Shown here: piece by piece, positions 1 to 11,442 of the stretch
Position numbering within the stretch: position 1 is the first letter of the stretch
How the letters are laid out: each line of letters begins with the position of its first letter
Source of the DNA: Neophaeotheca triangularis
Lineage: Eukaryota
Assembly (NCBI GenBank): GCA_054600435.1
Contig: BAAIJX010000107.1
Coordinates: 1-34,333 of the forward strand
Direction of reading: 5' to 3'
Length of the DNA: 34,333 nt
Made by a program: the position numbers and the translations under genes
Notes under the pieces: model-generated
What the model was told of the DNA's origin: nothing
Database searches by the model: none
The model's input: the letters and a program-made list of their open reading frames with translations, nothing else

Positions 1-560
1 CCCCCGCGCAAACTCCAAGAGCGAAGAAAAAAAAAAAAGAGAGGGGAGAAGATCAAAAGAAAAAAGAAGAAAGAAAAAAGAGTTGGTATCTCATGCAGCA
101 AGCGTCTCCTCGCGAGCAAACCAAAGCCGTTTGGGGGGAAAGCTCATAGCGTCAGAGTGATATTTTCTTTTTTTTAAAAAAAAAAAGAATCCCTGGCGAC
201 GCCCCTTAACGCCCAAACCCCGTGAAGAAAAAAAATAAACCTCGTGCTCGGTTCTGTCCTATCGTATCGTATCATATCATGTCCTGTCCCCAAGTGTCGT
301 TAAAGTGTGCTGCCGAGAAGAACCGGAAAGTGCCAAAGCCACGTATGTGGGAAGGAAAGGAAGAAAGGCCGGGCCCCTGGCCGGTTTGGGGCGTGGCCGT
401 TGTGTTTCATTAAACGCCCAGCGAGCCGGAGGTTGTCGTCATAATTTGCGTGGCGGTGTCGAGGGAAGCGGGAACGTCGGTGGTGTGGGGGAACGAAAGC
501 AGTGCTCGGACGGAACGGGCAGCGCCAGGCCAGCGCCCGTGGTTGGTACCGCTCAAGAAC

Positions 561-610
561 TAGTGGTGGCGGTGTCGGCGGTGGTGGTGGTAGTGGTGGT
601 AGTGGTGGTG
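561..610. repeat. Imperfect (GGT)n trinucleotide repeat in the presumed NDT80 3' UTR
   Basis: tagtggtggcggtgtcggcggtggtggtggtagtggtggtagtggtggtg. Confidence 0.75.
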
Positions 611-731
611 AGTGTACGGAGTGCCAAGTTTTGCAAGCCCGAGTGAAAGTGAATGGCGGTCGTGGGTAACAGTGTCGGCCGGAAAAATAATCAAATCGTG
701 GCATTCATCATCATCCATCCTGTCGTGCGAC

Positions 732-3700
732 TCAAGAAGTAAATCCCGCCTGCAAGTCCGGGAAGTAGCCGCGACTGCTCTCGACGCCCTGGTATGGACG
801 GCACTGGCTCAGCGTCCAAGCGGGCCCGGCGACGGCGTCGCTGTAAGCCGTTTTGACAGCGTATTGTCGCGGTTCCGTGCTGTATTGGGCGTTACTTTCG
901 ACTTTGGAGAGAGGCGGGAGGGTTTGCGGTTGCGGTGGTAGTTCTTGGTAGATGGATGAGGGGTAGTATTGGTAGCCGTCGTAGTCTTGAATGCTGGCGC
1001 GGTCGGCGTCGGTCATGAGCGTGTCGACGGGGTGGTGGTCGATGGGGATTGGACCTGCGGGGCCGTTGGCGGCGTGGGGGTCGTTGAGACTGGAGCTACT
1101 GCTTGAGGAGGCGCTTTCGGGGTGTTGGTGGTGTTCCGGGGTTGGGTAGTAAGAGGCGTAGTGGCCCGGGCGGTAGGTGGTGTTTGGTATGTTGGAGCCG
1201 TAGCCCGGCACGGAGCTGCGGAAGCCGCCCGCATTCATGCCCCCGTAGCTGCCGCCTGGGCCGCCTCCATAACTGCTGCCGCCGCTTGCGCTGCCGCCTC
1301 GTCCACTGGCGTTGGCGGGTTGGCCTTCGTTGGAATAGTGGCTGGGTGAACGGCCGCGGACGACAATCTTTTCGCTAACGCGTTGGGCTACTTTGACCCA
1401 GTTGGCGGTGCCGGATCCTTCTTTCCGGACATCGGCGAAGAGTTCAACGATCAGGACAAAGTACTGCTGCGAGGCTCTTCGCTTGCCATTGTTGGCTGTG
1501 GCGGATTTGAACTGGACACGTTCGAAAGTGTGCGAAGCGTTCTGCCCGTGCATGCCGAGATGCTGGGTCATGGGCGATGTGTAGGGTAAAGCCATCGATG
1601 GGGCAGCCTGTGCAGAAGCCGCAACGCCACCGTCGCCAGTCTTTTGCAGCGGGAGATAGGGGCCAGGTGCAACGCCAGTAGCGTGGTATGATCCCATCTG
1701 CATTTGGTAGACGCCATGAGGTGAGACATTATGGTCGGCTCGGCCGGAAGGGCTTGGTGCTACCTTGGTCACGCCAATTGCACTTTTCGGACCATTGTCG
1801 CGCTTCGGCGTGTGCTGTACTAGCTCAATGTTCTTGCCTCCACCACCTTCAATGGCAGCTGAAAGGCGCATGCCCATTGCTTGGACCTGATCATTGTTGT
1901 TGTTGCGCTTGAGGAAGAGAGGAGCGTTGGCGATGCTTGGGTGTAGTTCGAAATTGCATTGGACGGCGAAATAGTTCCTTCGGTAGCAAGTCCACTCTTT
2001 ACTCGCCGGGGCTGGGAAGAAGCCCTTTTCGACCTTGGCGCGAATCTCCGGTGTGACTGTCTGTCCATTGCAGGACAGATCGTGGAGTACTTCAAGGTTG
2101 GGCCAGGGGAAGTTTGCGCATTCGCTCGTTGAGGTTCCGTAGTTTTGCCCATTTGACGAGGCCATATGATTGTGGTAGCCGACACCACTTGGCGATAGTG
2201 AGACTGGCAGAACAGCGCTTCGAGGCGTCTCAGGGTATGACGAGTAGCCGGTGTGGGAAGACGGTGAGAGCTGGCTGCGAGGGAGATATGGTGATGAGTC
2301 GGCTGCGTAGTCTCGATCTTGTGCATTCGTCGAACTTGGTATAGACGTTCTCATAGGGGGTGGGAGCATGCTCTGCCCGGAAGTCTCCAAACTGTACCAC
2401 ACACCAGTCAGCTCGGTGCCTTGCTTTGAGAATCTTGCAATCAAGGCCGCGTAGGACAGGAAGGGGTCGGCTCACATTGGGGGTACACGGGATCCAGCAT
2501 AGGTTGATGATGCGAACGCCTGGTTCGGTTGCACAGGGCCAGTGTATGTTGGGAGGCCTGTGTAATGGTTCGCCGGGTAATTCGTGTACGCCAAAGATGA
2601 TGCGCCCGACGAAGGACTGGTAGAAAATGAACCGCTAGTCGAGTCGCCAAAGTTGTTTGCGCCTTGGTAGCTGTGTCGGGCCGCTCGTTAGCAAACATCC
2701 ACGGCTCAGGGCATCTTGTTTCTGCTGCGCTGCGAGGCTGTAAAAGAAAGCGCGAAGACTCATGTGTAACGATCGTGACCATGACGACTCTGAACCGTCT
2801 GCAGCGCCGCAAAGGCTGCAACAGCTGGCAAGTAGCATAGGTCGTCAGATGATGGGCTGCTCGGCCACGACAACCAGCAGTACTGGAGTGCCAGATTGTC
2901 GGGCTCAAGCTGTGTAACAGCTGCGCGGTATATCACAGGCCAAGGCCTGCAGAAGCGAAGGTGTAGTAGGCCAATGTCGTGAAGACGGGCAAGCCTCGTT
3001 CCGTAGAAGAAGCCATCCAGCGCGTTGAGAATTGCCAGCGTCGAGAGGGGTCGAATAGAAAGGAGCCCTTGTACCCAATGAAAGGACATGTACGTACCTG
3101 TTCGAATCCGCCGCCACTACTCGGTCAGGGACGAAGCGAGCTTGCTGGGAACCGTGAGTGGCTGGAAAGTTGAAGGCAGAAGGGCTCTGCTGCACCATGG
3201 TCCCATCTCGCCGTAATTGATCCACAGCAGTCCCGTTCGCGTATGCTGAATGATGTGCATGGCCTGCGAATTGGTCCAAACAATCGCCATCAGACTGTAA
3301 GCGATAGTCGGTATGCAGCGGTATACTGTGTTGTAGGATTGCTCCTGTAATGACACGTTAGCACGAGCAAACACATTGTGCAGGATCTCAACGCTGCAAC
3401 AGCAATGCAGCGCGAGAATGTGATAGCTGCAGAGGGAATTGTGGCTGGAGAACATTGACCAGGCATTGCAGACAGGTAAGAGCAAACCCGGATGCCCAAT
3501 GTTCCACGACGTGCTTTCTGGCTCGTGTTCGATATTGCGAACGCAAATCTAGCAAGCAAATACCGAACCCTGCTGGCAATCGCTATAATAGCGTATCGTA
3601 AAGCCATGATGTTTCCATGTGCAAATCCAGTGCCGCTCCTCGCAATCTGACATGCTCACCAAGCGCCAAGTCGGCCAAATGAGGCACAGCAAAAGATGGT

Positions 3701-3757
3701 GGGCAAACCAAGCTGCAGGTGCAGGGGTGCGAAAGGGTGTAGCTTACCTTGCTCCAT
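732..3757 (-). CDS. NDT80: Ndt80/PhoG-family p53-like transcription factor, NdtA/FSD-1 clade (model about 703 aa; first exon tentative)
   Basis: Ndt80 DNA-binding motifs: WTCYRRNYF, IELVQHTPKRD, FERVQFKSATANNGKRRASQQYF, IVVRGRSPSHY. In-phase exons are 3748-3757 (tentative ATGGAGCAAG|GTAAGC), 3098-3344, 2476-2670 and 732-2391. Introns are 3345-3747, 2671-3097 (GTACGT..GCTAAC..CAG) and 2392-2475 (GTGAGC..GCTGAC..CAG). An alternative start is the ATG near 3198 (MVQQSP). Confidence 0.93.
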
Positions 3758-6416
3758 CGTTAAAGTCAAACCCATATATTCGTGAAGTACGGCCTAGATG
3801 TTTCAGAAGAACGAACTTTTGACCTCAAGTTGGTCTCACCTCGCCAGTGTCGACCAAGAGATCAGAGGGCGCCGAAATCCTTAGGCGTCGCGATTGCTGC
3901 GGTTGTGCCGGGCTCGACTTTTGATTATCGGAGATAGACGAGCTCCTCTTTCCAGTAGGCGCTTCGTAGGCTTTGCCCCAATTCGGTCCTGGAGCAGTGT
4001 AAAGCTTCGAAAGCGAACAAAGCGCGATCGGGGAGCCAGGCCTTGGTGTGGGAACAGAGGTGTTCAGGTCAACCGCGTCTCTGGCTTTCCTCAAAAGGCC
4101 TCGGCCGTCCGTGGGACGATGTTGGAGATTTCTGAAGGGAATTTGCAAAGTCGTGGAGTACCGGGCGTTAGACGGGCACGGATCGGTCGAAATTGCAGCT
4201 CCTGCAAAGGTGGAACGTTAGCCTTCCTTACTGTGTACAAAGGGGTATGTCGCGTCTTCTTGAATGCGTTGGATGATAGGCAGCCTTGGAAGACACAAGC
4301 CGATGGCCGCCTCGACACCAACCACGGATGGGACGATGGTTATCATCGATGCCGCAGTGATTGGGGTGGTAGCAGGGTGGAGATCATTGTATTTTTGCGA
4401 GATCTGTCTTGTCCGAATCTAACTCGAGTTCCAAGTGCAAGGATCGGACGCTGCTCGCGAGAGGATGAGCGAAGTAACAAGCAGGTAACTAACCAAGATG
4501 TTGTTGCGCAAATCGAGTCGGCGAAGGTGTGCTTCTAGCGAAGCTCGTCCTTTTGTACCGAATTTCCAGATGGCAGGTTTGCAGTTACTTTGGCTATTAT
4601 ACCCGCAATCGTGGGCCTGCTTGGAGATGTTTGGTGTCGGGGCCAAAGGGTTCACTGTTTGGGTCGGTTTGATGTAGACTGGGCTAAAGGGTCGCAAACG
4701 TTCAGTTAGGCGCAACGTCCGATCGATATTATGGCGGCCCAGGAACAGCATATATCCAGGGAAAGAGTCTTCCAGCTTGTTGAGCTTGTACAGCCTGTTC
4801 TCAACACGATGCACACAACAAAGATGTCGGTCAGAAGTTTCCAGTGTGCGAGGATTCCAAGCGCGCAGACGAGGTGAAGTCGGATATGTATTGCACCAGT
4901 ACCAACACTTGCTGTGGAGACAGTCGACAGAGACAAAGCAGCAAGGTTCGCATATGTCAGAAGAAGTCTGGAAGGGATAAGCTGGTCACATCACATACAG
5001 ACCAGGGATCTGGTGCCTAGAGAGTCGCCGCTAACGACCGATCTTGAACAAGAAGCAGACGGAAGGGTGCGGGCTCAGCGAGAAGACTCCGCCGAAGACT
5101 GCTGCTCATTGCTTCGTTACCGACTCCCTGGGTCCTAAGTCAGCCTCAGCAAACGATCGTATTGAGTGTGCTCAGGCCACCTTTGAGCTGCCATCCCTAG
5201 GCAGGTACAATGGGGTAGCTGCAGCATCAATTCCACTTTCGACTTGCTTTATTGTTTCAGTGAAGAGAGGGGTGCAGGCTACCGTCAGCGCTTCGTCAAG
5301 CGTTGTTGTTTAGCAGCAGCCGCCTCGAGAGACTCGACGAGCGAGACGTGACGGGCTACCGTACCTACTCTTGGACGTCACAGCGATGGCGCCTCACAGA
5401 CAAGCTACCCTACAAGCGCTGGATGATCGCCATGTTGTACTCTCGCCGTCGTCTTTTGATCAAAGACGCAATGAGCTACAGCAAAGAAGGGCGTCTTGCA
5501 TACGGGACTCGGGCCGATCGGGAGAGGCTCCAGGGCAGCAATCTGGTAGGTGGATTGGGGGCGGCTGTCATGAAAGCTGCGCCAATACATCCCTGCCGAA
5601 CATCAGACGCCGCTGTGCAACAATTGCAGGCCTGCGCAAGGTTGTGGGCAAGCCAGGGGACGGCGGGTGCCCCACTTTTTCGACGATTCGAAGCTGCAGC
5701 TAGCTGATGCGAGAAATCGACTAGCCGTTGGGCATCCAAGAGAACGGGCCATGCTGTTGAGGATGATGATGATGAGGTGTTGGTGGAGGAAGAAGTAGTG
5801 GAAGAGGGCTGTTCACCCTGTTCATCGGATGCCGGTACCTGTCACAAAGAGAAGGCCAGGCTAGGCGTGGCGAGACATTGCGCGGCAGCAGATCTCTGTC
5901 ACGCGGAAGGAAAACGCTGACATTTTCGAGGGCGTCGATGGAGGAAAGGCGTCGAAGGTGTGCAGACTGTGGGAGTTTGTGCACCTCGAGGATCAGGATT
6001 CAGGATGGTCGGCTCAGGGATGTTGTTGTGGTGGGCTCTCGCCTGGCAATGATGGAGATGGTGATGCTTGTGCTCGATTTACGGGTGTTTGTCTTGGTCG
6101 CCGTCGTCGTCGTCTGTAACGATCGAGTGGTCTTGGTCAACCAACAAGTTAGGTACAAGCGTCGAGTGGCTTGCCATGGACAAGATGCCTGCCTGCCTGC
6201 CTGCCCTTGCTTCCGAGTGCCAATATTGACAGCATGTCCCGTCCCTGCAGAGACGAGACTGCTGCATACATCATACATACAGTAGTTACATACCTACCTG
6301 TACCATTCGTCGATTGTCGGGTAGGGTTGGAGCTGGACAAGTTGACAAGAGGACGGGACTATTCATCTGACGTCCGTCCAAGAAAGACGGGCACGACGGG
6401 ACTCGGCTGACCTTTC

Positions 6417-6445
6417 CCAAAGCCAAAGCCAAAGCCAAAGCCAAA
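6417..6445. repeat. (CCAAAG)~5 microsatellite
   Basis: ccaaagccaaagccaaagccaaagccaaa read directly. Confidence 0.9.
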
Positions 6446-6682
6446 AAACGTCCCGTCGGTCGGTCGTCCACTTCATGGCGCCAAGCCCTCTGCACTTTGC
6501 GACCTGTCATTCTTCTGGCCACTCCAACCCCGTGTCCATATCTGTAAAGTGTAATAAACCCTACACATTCCACAATCTGCATGCAGGAGAGACGATGTGT
6601 ATCGAATATTATTCTTAGCTAGCTAGCTACTCCACCTTTGCCCTACTCGATATGTTCGATTCGAATAGATGGTAACGGCAAC

Positions 6683-6712
6683 AACATCAACATCAACATC
6701 AACATCAACATC
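6683..6712. repeat. (AACATC)5 microsatellite
   Basis: Five exact copies read directly. Confidence 0.9.
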
Positions 6713-8418
6713 CTCCCAGCCATTACCGCGGACCACTCATCGATATGATACATATTGGTCCAACTTTAGCTACCCGTCCATCTTTCTGGAAGCTCTTGTA
6801 ACCTTCCATCCCTTCGGTGAGCACAAGAAGACGACGAATTTTACTCTTTTTACCGACCCGCCTCTCCTCCTCCTCCCTTCTTTACGGCTACGGCTACCTG
6901 CGCCATGTACTCGATCTCATGCCCTCGTCGAAAGCCGGAGCAATATCGACCATCAGTCAAAGTCTCGGGCGCCCGGGATTGACGATTGTCTTCTGGAAGA
7001 TCATTGGAGTCGGCACGGGTGGCTGCATCACATTCATTCACACACAGCACTCGCTGGCGAGGCGCGTCCCTCTTTTTCTGACCGCCATTCTGGCCCCACA
7101 TACCCACTACTATTGCGCAATGAATCTATCTTGAGGAGGTATTGTGACGGACGACTGGTGGCTTGCTTACCGTTTCCATCTTGTCTACCCGACACGTGAT
7201 GCCAGCTCTGTCTATTCTGAGGCTCCTTGACGGCAGAACCTTAAGATCTTGGAGTGGTCGTCATCGAAACACACACCGTGTGCAGAATTCCCGAGGTCGG
7301 TTTGAGAAATACATCCCAGATTCCGAGCCAGATGACCCGTTTCGCGACAGGCAAAATCCTTCACCACCGACAGACAGAATGCGCTCGGGCGACCTTGACT
7401 GTCCGAAATCTGATACCCTCCATGATACCCCTTTGCTGGGCCGCTTCTTACGAAAAAGCGACGTAAAGCACAATGTGAACCGGATAATCGCAGCGCTCTC
7501 ATAATTGTACCGTGCTATTTCATTTGTCAAACAGTGTCCTTCTTCTTGATCATTCGACTGGTTGAGCTCTCCCTATAAACCATTGATCCGTGATCTACCT
7601 CGAACTGCTTCACTAGTCACATGACGAGCCCACCTGAGCTCCCAGCAGCTGGACTTTGTCCAACCTCCTCCGGGCCGCGTGACAAATGCTCGCGGACGTT
7701 ACAACTACCAACTGGCACTTATGCATGGCAAATTGCCTATGACAGCCAGTTCTCAATTGCGCTCTCCCGTAGGTACCCAGACCCAACTTGATTGCTCCAT
7801 CGACCTTCCATTGCGCCAGAGCTCAACTACTCACCAATCCAACTCGGACCAGTCGGGTCAACGGACCAACGAGGGGCTTTCCAAACTACCTATAGACTGA
7901 CAAAGAAGCACCCCTCCAACGCATTCCACAACAGCACGCGCCGTTCCTGTGTCGCACGTTTTTCCTCCGCACCCGCGATACCGTGAGAACGCACACCCTC
8001 CCACAAAGCTGATCGGAGGTTCATCCAGAACACAGCAGCGAAAGTAACCGAGCGAAAGTTCCACGGAAAACTCCTGGTCCGTGCTGCGACACAGATGTGG
8101 CCGCACGACAGTAGCAGCCAGAAGTCACTCCCAGCTCGAGCACAAGGGCCTCGCCAACACTACTCAACAGCACAGCTAAACTCTAGCTCCTCAATAGCAA
8201 CCAGCAATCCAACCCAACCAAGCAGCAAAAGCCGCCACCTCGTCCGCCACCGCCACCACCACCACAACCACCACAACCACCGGTCACAACCTCGCCACCC
8301 ATGCAGTGCAAGCCAACCAAACCCAACCAGCACCACCCAACCAGCCCCAGCACTCTTGCCCGTTCGTCGCACTCAGCTCCCAATTCCCTCCTCCCGCCGA
8401 ACCAACACCCTCACCCCG

Positions 8419-8625
8419 ATGCCCGCGCCCGCGCACACGTCCGTCGTGCCCGCGTGCGTGCGCTACCCGGCAACAGCCCAGCCTAGCACGAGCGCGACTG
8501 GCACGGGGTCTTGTACCCAGGACAGCCTAGCCCGTCACGCCGCCGTCACGTCGCGCGAACGTAGCTGCCGCGCGTACATTCTGTCCGCCGAGCGGCGGCC
8601 TGAGGTGCGATGGGGTCTGCGCTAG
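8419..8625 (+). CDS. Candidate 68-aa small ORF of unknown function
   Basis: MPAPAHTSVVPACVRYP...RRPEVRWGLR. About 53 of 67 codons end in G/C by hand count. It has a C/A-rich leader upstream and a G/T-rich trailer downstream, like the real genes in this window. No recognisable homology. Confidence 0.35.
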   Translation: MPAPAHTSVVPACVRYPATAQPSTSATGTGSCTQDSLARHAAVTSRERSCRAYILSAERRPEVRWGLR

Positions 8626-9850
8626 CTTTGGGCGTGGGCGGAGGGTAAGCGGAGCTTTTGCGTGAGGCGAGGCGTAGGTTGCGTTCTAGCCTCTGTGACT
8701 GAGGGGGGGTTGGGTGTGTGCTGGTTTGCGTCGTAGGGGTGCTTTTGGGTTGTGTTATGGAGTTCGTGAGGTTCACTTGGTGCTGGGCTTTACTGCTGGA
8801 ATTTAGAATCGCCCTCCCTGCTTTCGCGGAGAGAGTCTGGGTTGTCTGAGGTACGTTCTGCGGCACTCGCATACGCTGGTGCTCTGACTCTGTCTCTGTT
8901 AGCCGGTACCTTGTCGCCGCCCTCCGTCTCCTCAAGACTCTACTTGAGTTCTTCACCAAGTCGGTCCCCGTATGCGTAGTGCTGAAACATCCTTTTCGAA
9001 CTGAATCTCAATGATAAATGCCTCCTTGAGGGGACCACACTAATGGCGACTACATCTTAAACGCGAGCAACACGAGATCCCCATGTACTCAAGCAACTCC
9101 ATTTCACGCCTAGTCACATCTGGAAGCTCTCTCAAATGATCTCTCACTGGAGCTGGGTGAGACTCAGAGACGCAGTCTGGAAAAGCCAAAGGTCGTCTCA
9201 TTAGATTGCCGGTCATTTGGACCTTCTCGAGCATGCCCAAGTAGGAGGTATGTCGACTTGAGAGTCTTCCTACCCTGCGGATGGAGTCGGGCTCGAAGTC
9301 GGTTCCGTGGACGTTCTCTCCATTTTTGCGTCTAGTCTTGCTCTACGCTTGTCCAGCTACTGTAGAGTTTCTATACCTTGAACCTATGTTATGTTATTAT
9401 TCCAAACTTTTAACTTCCATCTCGACCACGTCGACTCTCGAGGTTCACATATTTGGACGAATTTCCCCGGGCGATCAGTTCTTGGCATGGAGAAACAACC
9501 CCGTACCCCACCTAAACCTGCACAGAAGAGTCTGGGGTCTTGAAAGGACACTTTGTCCACCTATGATGTCCCCTGGTCAATGTAAATGCTCCAAGAATTG
9601 AGAGCTTTCTTGTCTACGGAGGATTTGAGTCAGGAAGACGACTCCACAGCAATCCACTCTCGAGCTTGTCGTCACCCTTGACATGCTCGATAAGTCCACC
9701 AACGGGATCACTCACCCAGACAAGTGCTTCGACCTGTAACCTGCACGCCATGCTAAAGACTGCAGCGACAAGGTGCCCACGGCACTTCCCTTGAGCCAGG
9801 GTTTCGTCCCGAAGCGGTACGGGTAGGGGCACTGTACAGGTCCCGAGCTT

Positions 9851-9866
9851 TAATATAAGGTATAAA
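9851..9866 (+). promoter_or_regulatory. TATA-like elements upstream of the GH105 gene
   Basis: taatataaggtataaa about 115-130 bp before the ATG at 9980, followed by a CT-rich tract. Confidence 0.5.
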
Positions 9867-9979
9867 GAGGCCTCAAGTCATGAAGAGCCTCCATTCTCAA
9901 TCCCCTCTCTTCCCTTAAGAGATCCCAGAAATCTCCCCCTTCTCGGTAATCTCCCAGTTCAAGCATCAACACCACCACA

Positions 9980-11273
9980 ATGCACCGCCAACTCCTCCCT
10001 CTCCTAGCCACAGCGCTAGGAAGCACCGCTCTCCCCTACGAACTCCCCTTCCACCAAGACTACAGCACCTGGATGGCCGATTCCATGGTCAATCGCGGCA
10101 TCGAAGGTCCCGAATGGGACTCACGCGGTTACCACTACACAAACGCCGTCTTCTACCGGGGCCTCGAATACGCCTACAACAAAACCAACGACCCCAAATA
10201 CCTCTCTGAAATCACAACCCACATCGACCAACTCCTAACCCCAAACGGCACCTTCATCTCCTGGAACCGCGAACCGGGCGCCCAAAAATCCCTCGACGAC
10301 ATCCTCATCGGCAACTCGGTCCTCTTCCTACACCAACTCCACCCCAACAACACCGCCTACACCGGCGCCGCCGACTTCCTGCACACCTTCCTCCTCGAGC
10401 AATCCCGCACCCCGTCGGGCGGCTTCTGGCACCGCGACGACCGCTACGAGGACCAAATGTGGCTCGACGGCATCTACATGGCCGACGTCTTCTACGCGCA
10501 CTACGTCTCGCTCTTCCAGCCCAGCAACACGACGGCCTGGGACGACATCCTGCTGCAATTCGAGCTCATCGAGTCCCGCACCCGCAACGAGACGTCGGGG
10601 CTCATGGTCCACGGCTACGACGAAGCGCGCGACGAGGTCTGGTCGGATCCCGAAACCGGCGCGGCCCCGCACGTCTGGAATCGCGCTCTGGGATGGTACT
10701 TCATGGCTTTGGTGGACGTGCTGGATTATTTCCCCGCCGACCACCGTGGGCGCGAGGTCTTGATGGCGTATTATACGGATCTTGCGGAGGCTTTGGTAAG
10801 GGCACAGGATCCCGAGAGTCATGGGTGGTGGCTCATTATGGATGAGCCGTATCCCGGGATGGAGGGGAATTACATCGAGAGCAGTGGGAGCGCCATGTTT
10901 GTTTATGGGTTTTTGAAGGGGTTGCGTAAGGGGTATTTGAGCGAGAACGAGTACGCCGGGCCCGCGCAGATGGGGTATGAGTTGTTGACTGATGACTTTA
11001 CTGTGGCGAATGGGACGAACTGTACTTTGAACTGGCTGGGGACTGTTGAGGTGGGGAGTTTGAGTGGCGATGGGGATTATGAGGTGAGTTCTCCTTTTTT
11101 CTGGAGAGCAATGGTCGTTACTCCGGGGTCTTTTGGATTTGCTTGCTGACTTGATTCTATAGTACTACATTAGCGTCCCCCTTCAACAGAACGATCTTAA
11201 AGGCGTAGGCCCCTTCATCTACGCGAGCGCAGAAATCGAGGCGAGGAATGGACTATGGGAGATCGACTATTAA
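9980..11273 (+). CDS. Secreted glycoside hydrolase family 105 (YteR-like unsaturated rhamnogalacturonyl/glucuronyl hydrolase), 404 aa
   Basis: Signal peptide MHRQLLPLLATALGSTA. Motifs SLDD, RTPSGGFWH, QMWLDGIYM, HGYDE, WNRALGW, NYIESSGSAMFVY and NDLKGVGPFI. Exons 9980-11083 and 11163-11273; intron 11084-11162 (GTGAGT..GCTGAC..TAG). Confidence 0.93.
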
Positions 11274-11442
11274 ATCCATTCCGCCGTATCTTTCCAAGAC
11301 CGGGTAGATAGATCTCATAGCATCCAAATCACTACGCAAAACCCGCCTCGCCCTAAACCCCACCCTTCTTCCATCCAGTAACTCAAGGTCCCATCCCTCT
11401 CTCTCCCTCTCTTTCTCCCCGTCTCACAATCACCACCCCTAC

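Noticed and set aside
3100..3110. GTTCGAATCC, a tRNA B-box-like sequence
   Set aside because: No A box or cloverleaf around it, and it lies in an NDT80 exon beside a splice donor.
3541..4513. CGCAAAT cores resembling Ndt80 MSE sites (possible autoregulation)
   Set aside because: Only two 7-mers lacking the full gNCRCAAAW context, which is compatible with chance.
3894..4538. 214-aa + strand ORF in the NDT80 upstream region
   Set aside because: Non-ATG start, no codon bias and no motif.
6600..9000. Possible telomerase RNA, SRP RNA or RNase P/MRP gene in the gene-poor region
   Set aside because: I found no CCCTAA-type template, SRP helix-8 or RNase P CR-I motif by eye. Only an Infernal search could exclude these fully.
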